Part shown: positions 39,384 through 48,590 of the stretch, one piece after another
How positions within the stretch are numbered: the first letter of the stretch is position 1
How the letters are laid out: each line of letters begins with the position of its first letter
Source of the DNA: an uncultured Paludibacter sp.
GTDB taxonomy: Bacteria; Bacteroidota; Bacteroidia; Bacteroidales; Paludibacteraceae
Direction of reading: 5' to 3'
Length of the DNA stretch: 64,000 nucleotides
Assembly: GCA_964433885.1 (NCBI GenBank)
Contig: CAYSTC010000009.1
Coordinates: forward strand, 55,294-119,293
Notes under the pieces: model-generated
The model's input: only the letters and a program-made list of their open reading frames with translations
Database searches by the model: none
What the model was told of the DNA's origin: nothing
Program-made: the position numbers and the translations under genes

Positions 39384-39468
39384 TTGAAGATTTTAAATGT
39401 ACGATTGCCGATTGCACGGAATAAAATTGCTGAATGCTCCAATCGTAAATCGTCGATCTAAAATCTAA
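39382..39468. repeat. Paired inverted 7-nt tandem arrays filling the deoC / polyprenyl synthase gap
   Basis: Left gatttta aatgtac gattgcc gattgca; right aatcgta aatcgtc gatctaa aatctaa; 22/27 complementary. Confidence 0.7.
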
Positions 39469-40439
39469 AATTCTCTATTTGCTGCATATTCCGCACATAA
39501 AATAAGCGACTGTTTTACATCGCTGTCCGCAAAGCCATTGAGTTCCTCGATGGCTTTGTTTTTAAATGTTTCCATTTGCGAAACAGCATATTTAACGCCA
39601 CCGCTTTTGTGCGTGAATTCGGTGATAGCTTGTATGTTTTCAGTTGTAAAGTCTTTGTTCTCAATCCACGATAATACTTGGTCACGATCAGCGCCCGTAG
39701 TGTTCAGTAAACCATAAATAAGTGGCAAAGTCACTTTTCCATCGCGAATATCATTTCCGGTTGGTTTCCCAATCTGGATGTCCGGCGAGTAATCGAAAAT
39801 ATCATCTTTTATCTGAAAGCAAATTCCAAGGTATTCACCAAAATTTCGCAGGTGCAGCAAGGCTTCTTGGTTTGCGTTTACTGATAATCCTCCAACTTCG
39901 GTGCAGGTCGAAAACAATAAGGCCGTTTTTTTTCTGATAATGGTATAATAATTTTCTTCAGATTCCGCCGAAATGCGGGCATTTACCAGCTGAAGCAATT
40001 CCCCGTCCGAAAGTTGCATTCCGATATTGGCAATAGCTTTTAAAACAGGTAAGTTGTTTGTTTTTACAGCACAACTCAACGATTTTGAAAGGATGTAATC
40101 GCCTGACAGGATAGCTATTTTGTTTGTCCAGCGGGCATTTATGGATGGTTTGCCACGGCGTTCCAACGTGTCGTCAACGACGTCGTCGTGTATTAAACTT
40201 GCAGTATGAAGCAATTCCAGCGACAGGGCGCTGTCTATTGTCGATTGATTAACCTCTCCGCACAGTTTAGCGGAAAGAACTACCATCATCGGGCGCAGTT
40301 GTTTTCCACTTTTCTGAAGCACATATTCGTTTACAGACTCAAGCATAGGATTATCCGTGCTGAGTGAATCGGCAAATGTTTTTCCAAACAATTGCATTTC
40401 TGCTAAAATAGGTCTTTTGATGGTTTCAATAAAGTTCAT
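39465..40439 (-). CDS. ispB: Polyprenyl (octaprenyl-type) diphosphate synthase
   Basis: GKQLRP, HTASLIHDDVVD...RRG, GDY, KTA, FQIKDD..D, GKPTGND. Start 40439 or 40451. Confidence 0.85.
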   Translation of the reverse strand: MNFIETIKRPILAEMQLFGKTFADSLSTDNPMLESVNEYVLQKSGKQLRPMMVVLSAKLCGEVNQSTIDSALSLELLHTASLIHDDVVDDTLERRGKPSINARWTNKIAILSGDYILSKSLSCAVKTNNLPVLKAIANIGMQLSDGELLQLVNARISAESEENYYTIIRKKTALLFSTCTEVGGLSVNANQEALLHLRNFGEYLGICFQIKDDIFDYSPDIQIGKPTGNDIRDGKVTLPLIYGLLNTTGADRDQVLSWIENKDFTTENIQAITEFTHKSGGVKYAVSQMETFKNKAIEELNGFADSDVKQSLILCAEYAANREF

Positions 40440-40704
40440 CTGAACGCTCATGTTGGTGTACTCTGCAAAAGTAAACAATTTTGCCGTTTGTTTAACTCTT
40501 ATGGATTATTTCTCACTAAATTTTAATTACTTTTACAGTCGTTTTGATATTTCTGCCTATATTTAACAGGTATTTTAATTCAGAACAATTAGTAAATTAA
40601 CGACCATATAACTAAAAAAGTTTATAAATATCAGCACAATAAGCAATTTTAGTTGTTATTATATCTTGAAACATTACTTTCCACAGATTTATACACCTGT
40701 TTTT

Positions 40705-43557
40705 ATGAAAAAACTTTTTCTGATTGATGCTTATGCTATCATATATCGGGCTTATTATGCTTTCATTCGAAATCCACGCATAAATTCGAAAGGACTAAAC
40801 ACCTCTGCAATATTTGGATTTGTGAATACTCTGGAGGACGTACTTAAGCGTGAAAAACCTACGCACATTGCAGTTGCTTTCGATCCTAAAGGAAAAACAT
40901 TTCGCCACGAAGCTTACGAACAATACAAGGCTCAACGCGAAGCCACGCCCGAAGATATCCGTTTAGCAGTACCCATTATCAAGGATTTGATCAAGGCATA
41001 CAATATTCCTGCGCTCGAAATTCCGGGGTATGAGGCTGACGATGTGATAGGTACCATGGCTAAGAAAGCTGAGCAAGCCGGGTTCGAAGTATTTATGCTG
41101 ACTCCCGATAAAGATTACGGGCAATTGGTTTCCGATCATATTTTTATGTATCGTCCAAAACATACAGGAGGTTTCGAAGTGATGGGCCCCGAAGAAGTAA
41201 AGGCAAAATACGAACTGCATAGTCATGAACAGGTAATTGATTTGCTTGGTTTAATGGGCGACTCGTCCGATAATATCCCCGGCTGTCCTGGGGTAGGGGA
41301 GAAAACAGCTGTAAAACTGCTGAAAGAATTTGGAAGTATTGATGCTTTGCTGGAGCGTACCAATGAATTAAAGGGTGCTTTGAAAACCAAAATAGAAGAG
41401 AATAAGGAGCAAATTATTTTCTCAAGGTTTTTGGCTACCATTAAAATTGATGTTCCTATTGATTTTGATGAAAAAAGTCTGGAGCTGGAACCACGAAATG
41501 AAACCGACTTGCGAGCCTTGTTCGACGAACTGGAATTCCGGACTATGTCTGCCAAAATGGGTGCTAATCCATTCACTTCGCTTCCGCCCGACCAGCCTAC
41601 AACTACTATTGCGTTCGCTAAGCCCAAGAAAGCTACAGGTCAAATGTCGCTGTTTGATCAACCTGACGAACAGGAAGAGGTTATTCCAAAGGTTCAGCAA
41701 CAGATAACAACTGTTATTACTGTTCCTGATGAAAATTTTACCGGTTTGCGGACTATCAATGATACTCCTCATCATTATATACTGGTCGACAATAAAGTAA
41801 AACGTGCCGATTTGGTTTCAAAGCTTTTCATGCAAAAATCGTTTTGCTTTGATACGGAAACCACAGGACTGGACATGTTCATGTCAGATTTGGTCGGAAT
41901 GTCTTTTTGTTTCAAAGCTGGTGAAGCTTACTATGTTTCTTTGCCTGTTGATAAAGAAGAAGCTCGCCACGTAGTGCATGAGTTCAAAGTTGTTTTCGAA
42001 AGCGAGCAGATCGAAAAAATAGGGCAAAACATTAAGTTTGACCTGTTGATGCTTGCACAATACGGCATTCAGCTCAAAGGAAAATTGTTTGATACGATGA
42101 TTGCGCATTATCTCGTTCAGCCTGAGTTGCGTCATGGAATGGACTATCTGGCAGAGATTTACCTGAAATACCGTACTATACATTTCGAAGATCTGGTTGC
42201 TGGCAAAGGAAAAAATCAGGCAGATATTCGTACGGTTGATATACAAAAATTGTGCGATTATGCTGCCGAAGATGCCGATATTACCTTTAAACTCAAGCAG
42301 GTGCTTGAAAAGGAGCTTAAAGATAATTCGCTCGAAAAGCTCTTTTATGAAATAGAAATGCCGCTTCTGAAAGTCCTTGCCACCATGGAACGGACCGGTG
42401 TACGCATCGATAGCGAAGCATTGCGTCAAAGTTCAGAGATATTGACCGGCGAAATGTTGAAGCTGGAAGAAGAAATTCATCAGATTGCTGGCTATGAATT
42501 CAATGTGTCGTCGCCGGCACAAGTCGGCGAAATTCTTTTCGACCGGTTAAAGCTTGATGATAAGGCCAAAAAGACAAAAACCGGCCAATACTCAACTGCT
42601 GAAGATGTGTTGGAAAAAATCCGCTCGAAACATCCTATTATTGGAAAAATTCTGGATTATCGCGGGCTTAAAAAACTGCTGAGCACTTATATTGACGCAT
42701 TGCCACAACTTATTAGTCCGGTTACAGGCAAAGTGCATACTTCATACAATCAAACGGTGGCTGCCACTGGAAGACTTAGTTCTACGAATCCGAATTTGCA
42801 AAATATCCCGATCCGCGATGCTCAGGGTAAAGAAATCCGGAAAGCTTTTATTCCGGACGAAGGCAGTATTTTCCTAAGTGCCGACTACTCACAGATTGAA
42901 CTGCGAATTATGGCCCATCTGAGTGGCGACGCCAATATGATGGAGGCATTTAATAGCGGGCATGACATCCATACTGCCACGGCTGCTAAAATATACAAAG
43001 TGCAGTTGGATGAAGTGACTTCCGACATGCGCCGTAAAGCTAAAACAGCCAACTTTGGAATTATTTACGGCATTTCCGTGTTTGGTTTGTCCGACAGGCT
43101 GAGCATTCCGCGCGCTGAAGCAAAAGAATTAATCGATGGCTATTTTGTGACTTATTCCGGAGTAAAAAAGTATATGGACAATGCCATTCAACGGGCCAAA
43201 GAACTTGGTTATGTAGAGACCTTACTTGGCCGCAAACGCTTTTTGCCCGATATCAACTCGCAAAATAGTGTAGTTCGCGGTTTTGCTGAACGAAATGCCA
43301 TAAATGCACCGATTCAGGGAACAGCTGCTGACATTATCAAAATTGCAATGGTTCGCATTCAAAACCGGCTGGAAAAAGAGAATTTGCAAGCTAAAATGAC
43401 CATGCAGGTGCACGATGAGTTGAACTTTACAGTTCCAAAAAATGAATTGGAAGCAGTCAGGAAGGCCGTCGTGGAAGAAATGCAACAGGCAATTCAACTG
43501 AAAGTTCCGCTCATTGCAGATTGTGGGGTTGGCGCAAACTGGCTGGAAGCACATTGA
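40705..43557 (+). CDS. polA: DNA polymerase I
   Basis: 5'-3' exonuclease (LIDAY, EADDVIGT), 3'-5' exonuclease (FDTETT), polymerase motifs DYSQIELR, AKTANFGIIYG, QVHDEL. Confidence 0.97.
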   Translation: MKKLFLIDAYAIIYRAYYAFIRNPRINSKGLNTSAIFGFVNTLEDVLKREKPTHIAVAFDPKGKTFRHEAYEQYKAQREATPEDIRLAVPIIKDLIKAYNIPALEIPGYEADDVIGTMAKKAEQAGFEVFMLTPDKDYGQLVSDHIFMYRPKHTGGFEVMGPEEVKAKYELHSHEQVIDLLGLMGDSSDNIPGCPGVGEKTAVKLLKEFGSIDALLERTNELKGALKTKIEENKEQIIFSRFLATIKIDVPIDFDEKSLELEPRNETDLRALFDELEFRTMSAKMGANPFTSLPPDQPTTTIAFAKPKKATGQMSLFDQPDEQEEVIPKVQQQITTVITVPDENFTGLRTINDTPHHYILVDNKVKRADLVSKLFMQKSFCFDTETTGLDMFMSDLVGMSFCFKAGEAYYVSLPVDKEEARHVVHEFKVVFESEQIEKIGQNIKFDLLMLAQYGIQLKGKLFDTMIAHYLVQPELRHGMDYLAEIYLKYRTIHFEDLVAGKGKNQADIRTVDIQKLCDYAAEDADITFKLKQVLEKELKDNSLEKLFYEIEMPLLKVLATMERTGVRIDSEALRQSSEILTGEMLKLEEEIHQIAGYEFNVSSPAQVGEILFDRLKLDDKAKKTKTGQYSTAEDVLEKIRSKHPIIGKILDYRGLKKLLSTYIDALPQLISPVTGKVHTSYNQTVAATGRLSSTNPNLQNIPIRDAQGKEIRKAFIPDEGSIFLSADYSQIELRIMAHLSGDANMMEAFNSGHDIHTATAAKIYKVQLDEVTSDMRRKAKTANFGIIYGISVFGLSDRLSIPRAEAKELIDGYFVTYSGVKKYMDNAIQRAKELGYVETLLGRKRFLPDINSQNSVVRGFAERNAINAPIQGTAADIIKIAMVRIQNRLEKENLQAKMTMQVHDELNFTVPKNELEAVRKAVVEEMQQAIQLKVPLIADCGVGANWLEAH

Positions 43558-43644
43558 AAACTTTTTTAATGTGTTGTTGTAACGCCAAACCAATTGTTAT
43601 CCAATGTTTTAATTTGTTTTTTATTTATAATTATATCTAAATTG

Positions 43645-43683
43645 ATATTTTGAATGCTACTAAAGTGGTAGCATTCAAAATAT
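43645..43683. promoter_or_regulatory. Palindromic operator upstream of the Rrf2 gene
   Basis: Perfect 16-bp arms ATATTTTGAATGCTAC-N7-GTAGCATTCAAAATAT just upstream of a TATATTTG -7 box (43690-97). Confidence 0.7.
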
Positions 43684-43715
43684 TTCTAATATATTTGCTG
43701 AAATATTTCTTTAAA

Positions 43716-44153
43716 ATGAGAGTCAATACAAAAATACGGTACGGATTACGGACAATGATAGAGATCGCATCTTCTACAGATCCTAATGGTGTATTGCAAA
43801 AAGATATCGCCAAGAGCCAGCATATCTCGTTGAAATACCTCGATCCTATTATTTCTTCTCTCAAATTGAAGGGGTTGATTACAAATTCAAAAGGTAGAGG
43901 AAGTGGTTATAAATTAACGCGTGAGCCCAAAGATATCACCATGTATGATATCTACACAGCGTTCGAACAAATTGTAATAATTGAATGCATAAATAATTTG
44001 GGTTATTGTGAAAGGTCGTTGCACGATTGCAAGGGGCGGAATTATTGGCACGAATTTCGTGAAGATTTCACAAGATTACTCATGAAAAAGAATCTTGAAC
44101 AAATTATACAGGATACCTATTACGAGTGTAAAGATTTGCTTATTACGGAATAA
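43716..44153 (+). CDS. Rrf2-family transcriptional regulator with three Cys (putative Fe-S ligands)
   Basis: TKIRYGLR.M..IA, ISLKYL..I...LK..GLI....G..SGYKL...P.DIT; C-x6-C-x6-C in the C-terminal half. Confidence 0.92.
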   Translation: MRVNTKIRYGLRTMIEIASSTDPNGVLQKDIAKSQHISLKYLDPIISSLKLKGLITNSKGRGSGYKLTREPKDITMYDIYTAFEQIVIIECINNLGYCERSLHDCKGRNYWHEFREDFTRLLMKKNLEQIIQDTYYECKDLLITE

Positions 44154-44228
44154 ACAATTAACAAGTTGGTTTGTTATATAAGCAGATTCGAGAAGCAAAT
44201 TATTATAATACTATTTTTTTTATTAAAT

Positions 44229-44433
44229 AATACTATCATTCCTATAGGATTCGTATTTGTGGCAAGGGAATTATTAGTGGTATAAGCAAATATTTTTTTA
44301 GTTTTTAATGCTACTATTGTTATAGTATTTGTATTTATGGGCTTATGAAAGCAAATGAACTCGAATTTATAATCAGTTTAATTTTCTATGAGTGAGTTTT
44401 TGTTTAACAAAATGCTATTAATCCTATAGGATA
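44229..44433. promoter_or_regulatory. Three AATRCTAY-N7-RTAGNATW boxes upstream of the YceI cassette
   Basis: 44229-44251, 44307-44329 and 44411-44433; same length and symmetry as the core of the Rrf2 upstream palindrome. Confidence 0.7.
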
Positions 44434-44488
44434 TATAACGTGCTATTTTAATTGTAATATTCACAATAAATTAAATAAAAATAAAATT

Positions 44489-45082
44489 ATGATCAAGCAA
44501 AAATTATCAAGGTATTGCATGCTGGCCGTGGTCAGTATTATAGCAATATCCGGCAATGTTTTAGTTGCACAAACTCTAAAGATTAATCCAAAGACGTTCA
44601 GCATGACAATCTTTGGCACAACTAACGTACATGATTTTCAGAGTAAAGTAACCCAGGCCACAGGAGAATTGGTGATAAACGGTTCAAAGCAGGCTCAATC
44701 GTTGGTTGTGGAAATTCCGGTAAAGTCGATTAAAAGTGGTGAGAAGCTTATGGACACCAAAACTTATGAGACTTTTAAAGCTGATAAGAATCCAAGCATC
44801 ACTTTTAAAATGACTGAAGCCAGTGGATTGCAAGTGAATGGAAATGACATTAGTGTAACGGTTACAGGTAATCTTACCATGGGTGGAGCTACAAAAAAAA
44901 TAGCTATGAAAGCCGTTGGTAAAATTGTAAAGCCTGGTGTGTATCAATTTAAAGGCAGTGTGCCACTGAAAATGACTGACTTCAAAATGAGTCCCCCGAC
45001 TGCTATGCTGGGAGTGATGAAAGTAGGAGATGCTGTTACGCTCAAATATGATGTGACATTTGAAGGGCCAGCAATAAATTAA
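44489..45082 (+). CDS. YceI-family lipid/polyisoprenoid-binding protein
   Basis: Signal peptide, GTTNVHDF, IPVKSIKSG..LMD, P.ITF, GNLTMGG, MTDFKMSPP. Confidence 0.88.
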   Translation: MIKQKLSRYCMLAVVSIIAISGNVLVAQTLKINPKTFSMTIFGTTNVHDFQSKVTQATGELVINGSKQAQSLVVEIPVKSIKSGEKLMDTKTYETFKADKNPSITFKMTEASGLQVNGNDISVTVTGNLTMGGATKKIAMKAVGKIVKPGVYQFKGSVPLKMTDFKMSPPTAMLGVMKVGDAVTLKYDVTFEGPAIN

Positions 45083-45141
45083 ATAATAGAGTTTTCTGAT
45101 TCTATATATAAAAATACGAACAACAACAAAACACAAGTAAA

Positions 45142-46563
45142 ATGAAAAAAACAATCTTTACAGTAGCAGCTGCTCTTTTAGCCAGCAGCACAATGTTTGC
45201 TCAGTTTCGTGCTGGTGATAAGGACGGAATTAATGTATTTGAGACACCAAAGACAGAAACAACATTTGATGGGGTGAAAGTAACTTTTGGAGGAGGGTTT
45301 ACTCAAGGTTTCCAGACTCTTAGCCACAGTAATGAAGCTGTTTCTGTTCCTAAGGCAGCAGTTAACCCAGTTGGCTCAAAAGCAGGTAGTGATGCATATG
45401 ATGCAACAAAATTGACACCTATCAGACCTGGATTTAATTTAGCATCTGCAAATCTGGCTATTAATACTGTGTTGGCTGATGGAGTAGCTTTGAAAATGGA
45501 ACTTAATTTAGCTGCCAGACATCATAATGAGACCTGGGTTAAAGGAGGGTTCATTCAAATGGACAAAATTCCTTTCTTGAAATTAGATTTTGTTGATAAT
45601 ATTATGAAGTACACTACCATTAAGGTAGGTCAGATGGATGTAAACTACGGAGATGCGCATTTCCGTCGTACAGATGGTGGTAATGCTATTTACAATCCAT
45701 TTGTTGAAAATTATATTATGGATGAATTTGCGACTGAAGTAGGACTTGAGGCGGATGTAAATTATAACGGTATTGTAGGGGTTGCTTCAATTACCAATGG
45801 TTTGTTGAAAGGAAATATTTCTGTAGTTGACTCTACATTTGACACATCGGTGACTCCAAAAGCTCTTATATCTTCAGGTAAGAATAATCCAGCCTTTATA
45901 GCTAAATTAGGTTATGATAAGCAGTTTACTGAAGATCTACGTGTTCGTTTGACTGGATCTGTGTATTATACAGCTGGTTCTGTTTCGAATACATTAATGT
46001 GGGGAGACCGTACGGGATCGAATTATTTTGGTGTAATGGAGTACGCGGCTCCTTCAACAGCTAATGCATGGTCTGGTCGTTATAATCCTGCTTACAGTGA
46101 TAAACTTTCAACTCTTATGGGTAACCTGTTTGTTAAATTTAAAGGTTTAGAGTGGTTTACAACACTTGAATCTGCTTCGGGTCGTGGAATTAAAGAAGCA
46201 ACTGGAGAACGCAAAACAACTCAATTAGCTACAGATTTAGTTTTCCGATTTGGAAAAGATGAAAATTTCTGGGTGGGTGGACGTTACAATGTTCTAAATT
46301 CACAGCAATATCTTTCAGCAAATTTACCAGCTGTACTTGCAACAGATGCATTATCTAACGGTCATGCTTTTGATGCTGTTTCAAAAGGTATGTACGATGT
46401 AAGTATTGACCGCTTAGCAATCAGTGCAGGTTGGTTTATAACAAAAAATGTAATGGCTAAGATTGAATATGTCAACCAAAACTATGGTGGGTTCCTGTAT
46501 AATGATATCAGAAGCAAAGGGAACTTCAACGGTTTTGTTGCCCAGGCTGTAGTTGGATTCTAA
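45142..46563 (+). CDS. Putative outer-membrane beta-barrel (porin-like) of unknown function
   Basis: Signal peptide, many amphipathic beta strands, C-terminal strand ending in Phe (FVAQAVVGF). Confidence 0.7.
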   Translation: MKKTIFTVAAALLASSTMFAQFRAGDKDGINVFETPKTETTFDGVKVTFGGGFTQGFQTLSHSNEAVSVPKAAVNPVGSKAGSDAYDATKLTPIRPGFNLASANLAINTVLADGVALKMELNLAARHHNETWVKGGFIQMDKIPFLKLDFVDNIMKYTTIKVGQMDVNYGDAHFRRTDGGNAIYNPFVENYIMDEFATEVGLEADVNYNGIVGVASITNGLLKGNISVVDSTFDTSVTPKALISSGKNNPAFIAKLGYDKQFTEDLRVRLTGSVYYTAGSVSNTLMWGDRTGSNYFGVMEYAAPSTANAWSGRYNPAYSDKLSTLMGNLFVKFKGLEWFTTLESASGRGIKEATGERKTTQLATDLVFRFGKDENFWVGGRYNVLNSQQYLSANLPAVLATDALSNGHAFDAVSKGMYDVSIDRLAISAGWFITKNVMAKIEYVNQNYGGFLYNDIRSKGNFNGFVAQAVVGF

Positions 46564-46576
46564 TTATTTGAATACG

Positions 46577-46614
46577 AAATAAACTGGTATGAACAAATTC
46601 TTACCAGTTTATTT
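46577..46614 (+). terminator. Intra-operon hairpin/terminator between the barrel gene and second YceI gene
   Basis: AAATAAACTGGTA..TACCAGTTTATTT. Confidence 0.6.
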
Positions 46615-46633
46615 TCCGGTATATTTATAACTT

Positions 46634-47269
46634 ATGGTTATGAAAAGAATTGGTAGCGTAATTTTGCTAATCATTTTGTTTTTAGGTAGTTTGTCTTCTC
46701 AAACGAGCGTCAGGGTGGATCTGATGAAGAACAGTTGGCTTGCCATTAATGGTACGACCAACGTTTTGCCGTTTAAGTTGATTCACTCGGGAGATAAACT
46801 GTTGGGTAAAAGTATAACCATGACAGCTACGCAAAACCAGAATAAGTTATATTTGAGCCAGAATCAGTTAGCTATTCAGGTAAAGAACTTTTCTTCTGAT
46901 AACCCAATGGCTCTTCGTGATTTTATGAAGCTAATAAAGTCTGATGCATATCCTGCAATAAAAGCTCAGCTGAATTATATTGAGACTGCTCCGGGCAATG
47001 AAAAGGATATTTATTCAAAAGGAAATGCATTTGTAAATATCACTATTACCGGAGTTACACAGCAATATTCCATTCCTGTGTCGTCGAATAAACATGGCGA
47101 TTATATTTCTGTGGTAGGAGGGAAAAAGATAAGTATTCGCGATTTTGGTCTTGAGCCGCCTGTTGAAATGATGGGATTAATCAAAGTGAGCGAATGGATT
47201 AGCATTGATTTTAGGATGGTTTGCAAACTTACTTTCAATAAAGAAGAATCGCTTGCTCAAAACAAATAG
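46634..47269 (+). CDS. Divergent YceI-like protein
   Basis: Signal peptide, S.LAINGTTNV..F, YPAI, ITITGVT, IRDFGLEPP..MMGLIKV. Confidence 0.75.
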   Translation: MVMKRIGSVILLIILFLGSLSSQTSVRVDLMKNSWLAINGTTNVLPFKLIHSGDKLLGKSITMTATQNQNKLYLSQNQLAIQVKNFSSDNPMALRDFMKLIKSDAYPAIKAQLNYIETAPGNEKDIYSKGNAFVNITITGVTQQYSIPVSSNKHGDYISVVGGKKISIRDFGLEPPVEMMGLIKVSEWISIDFRMVCKLTFNKEESLAQNK

Positions 47270-47299
47270 TTTTTAATCTCAATATTCAGAAATGATATT

Positions 47300-47348
47300 A
47301 AAAAAGCAAAGGTCGTTTCCATTGAAGAAACGACCTTTGCTTTTTTTT
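47300..47348. terminator. Bidirectional terminator
   Basis: AAAAAAGCAAAGGTCGTTTC..GAAACGACCTTTGCTTTTTT. Confidence 0.88.
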
Positions 47349-47367
47349 ATAACTTAAGTCAGCTGAA

Positions 47368-48360
47368 TTAAGCTTTGCCTGCGCTACCCAAAACGTTTAC
47401 AGTTTTGTGAGCATACAATTTTTTCAATTCATCGCGAGCTGGACCTAAGTATTTACGTGGGTCAAATTCGCCAGGGTTAGTAGCGAAAGTTTCGCGAACT
47501 GAGGCAGTCATAGCCAAACGACCATCTGAGTCGATATTGATTTTACATACAGCAGAAGCAGCAGCTTTACGCAATTGTTCTTCCGGAATCCCGATTGAGT
47601 CTTTCAATGCGCCACCAAATTTGTTGATTGTTTCAACATATTCCTGTGGAACTGAAGAAGCACCGTGAAGTACGATAGGGAAACCAGGAATTTGTTTTTC
47701 AATTTCTTCCAAAATGTCGAAACGTAATGGAGGAGGAATAAGGATTCCGTTTTCGTCGCGTGTACATTGAGCTGGAGTAAATTTGTTAGCACCGTGTGAA
47801 GTACCAATAGAAATAGCCAAAGAGTCAACACCTGTGCGGGTTACGAAGTCAACAACTTCTTCTGGACGGGTGTAAGTGTGGTGCTCTGCAACAACATCGT
47901 CTTCTACACCAGCCAATACACCAAGTTCGCCTTCTACAGTTACACCGTGAGCGTGTGCATATTCAACAACTTTTTTAGTAAGAGCTACATTGTCTTCGTA
48001 TGAGTGGTGTGAACCGTCGATCATTACTGAAGAGAAACCTGAATCGATACAGCTTTTGCAAAGTTCAAAAGTATCGCCGTGGTCAAGGTGCAAAACAACA
48101 GGAATTTCTTGTCCCAGTTCTTTGGCGTATTCTACCGCTCCCTGAGCCATGTAGCGAAGCAATGTTTGGTTAGCATATTTGCGTGCACCGCTTGATACTT
48201 GCAAGATTACTGGAGATTTTGTTTCAACACAAGCAGCAATGATAGCTTGCATTTGTTCCATGTTGTTGAAGTTAAATGCAGGAATAGCATATTTGCCTTC
48301 AATTGCTTTTTGAAATAACTCTTTGGTATTCACCAATCCGAGTTCTTTGTAGTTTACCAT
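47368..48360 (-). CDS. fba: Fructose-1,6-bisphosphate aldolase class II, subtype B (Bacteroides/Giardia-like)
   Basis: PAFNFNNMEQ, LHLDHG, GFSSVMIDGS, VEGELG, GTSHGA, VLHGASS, KINIDSD, FDPRKYL. Start MVNYKE at 48360. Confidence 0.93.
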   Translation of the reverse strand: MVNYKELGLVNTKELFQKAIEGKYAIPAFNFNNMEQMQAIIAACVETKSPVILQVSSGARKYANQTLLRYMAQGAVEYAKELGQEIPVVLHLDHGDTFELCKSCIDSGFSSVMIDGSHHSYEDNVALTKKVVEYAHAHGVTVEGELGVLAGVEDDVVAEHHTYTRPEEVVDFVTRTGVDSLAISIGTSHGANKFTPAQCTRDENGILIPPPLRFDILEEIEKQIPGFPIVLHGASSVPQEYVETINKFGGALKDSIGIPEEQLRKAAASAVCKINIDSDGRLAMTASVRETFATNPGEFDPRKYLGPARDELKKLYAHKTVNVLGSAGKA

Positions 48361-48507
48361 TTTTGTTGAATTTAATAGTTTGATAATTTGACCGCAAAAG
48401 TAGTGCTTTTTTGTCAAATATGAAAGAAAAACGCATCATAAAGTATTAAACGTTTTTTTATGGCATTGTATTAATTACAAAATACTTAATCTGCCCTTAA
48501 AGCAGAT

Positions 48508-48556
48508 AAAGAAAGCCTCCTAAAAGCTGTGGATACAACTTTTGGGAGGCTTTCTT
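48508..48556 (-). terminator. Intrinsic terminator after ompA-family gene
   Basis: AAGAAAGCCTCCTAAA..TTTGGGAGGCTTTCTT. Confidence 0.7.
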
Positions 48557-48590
48557 ATTTTCAGTATAGAATTCTATATTTAGATATAGA

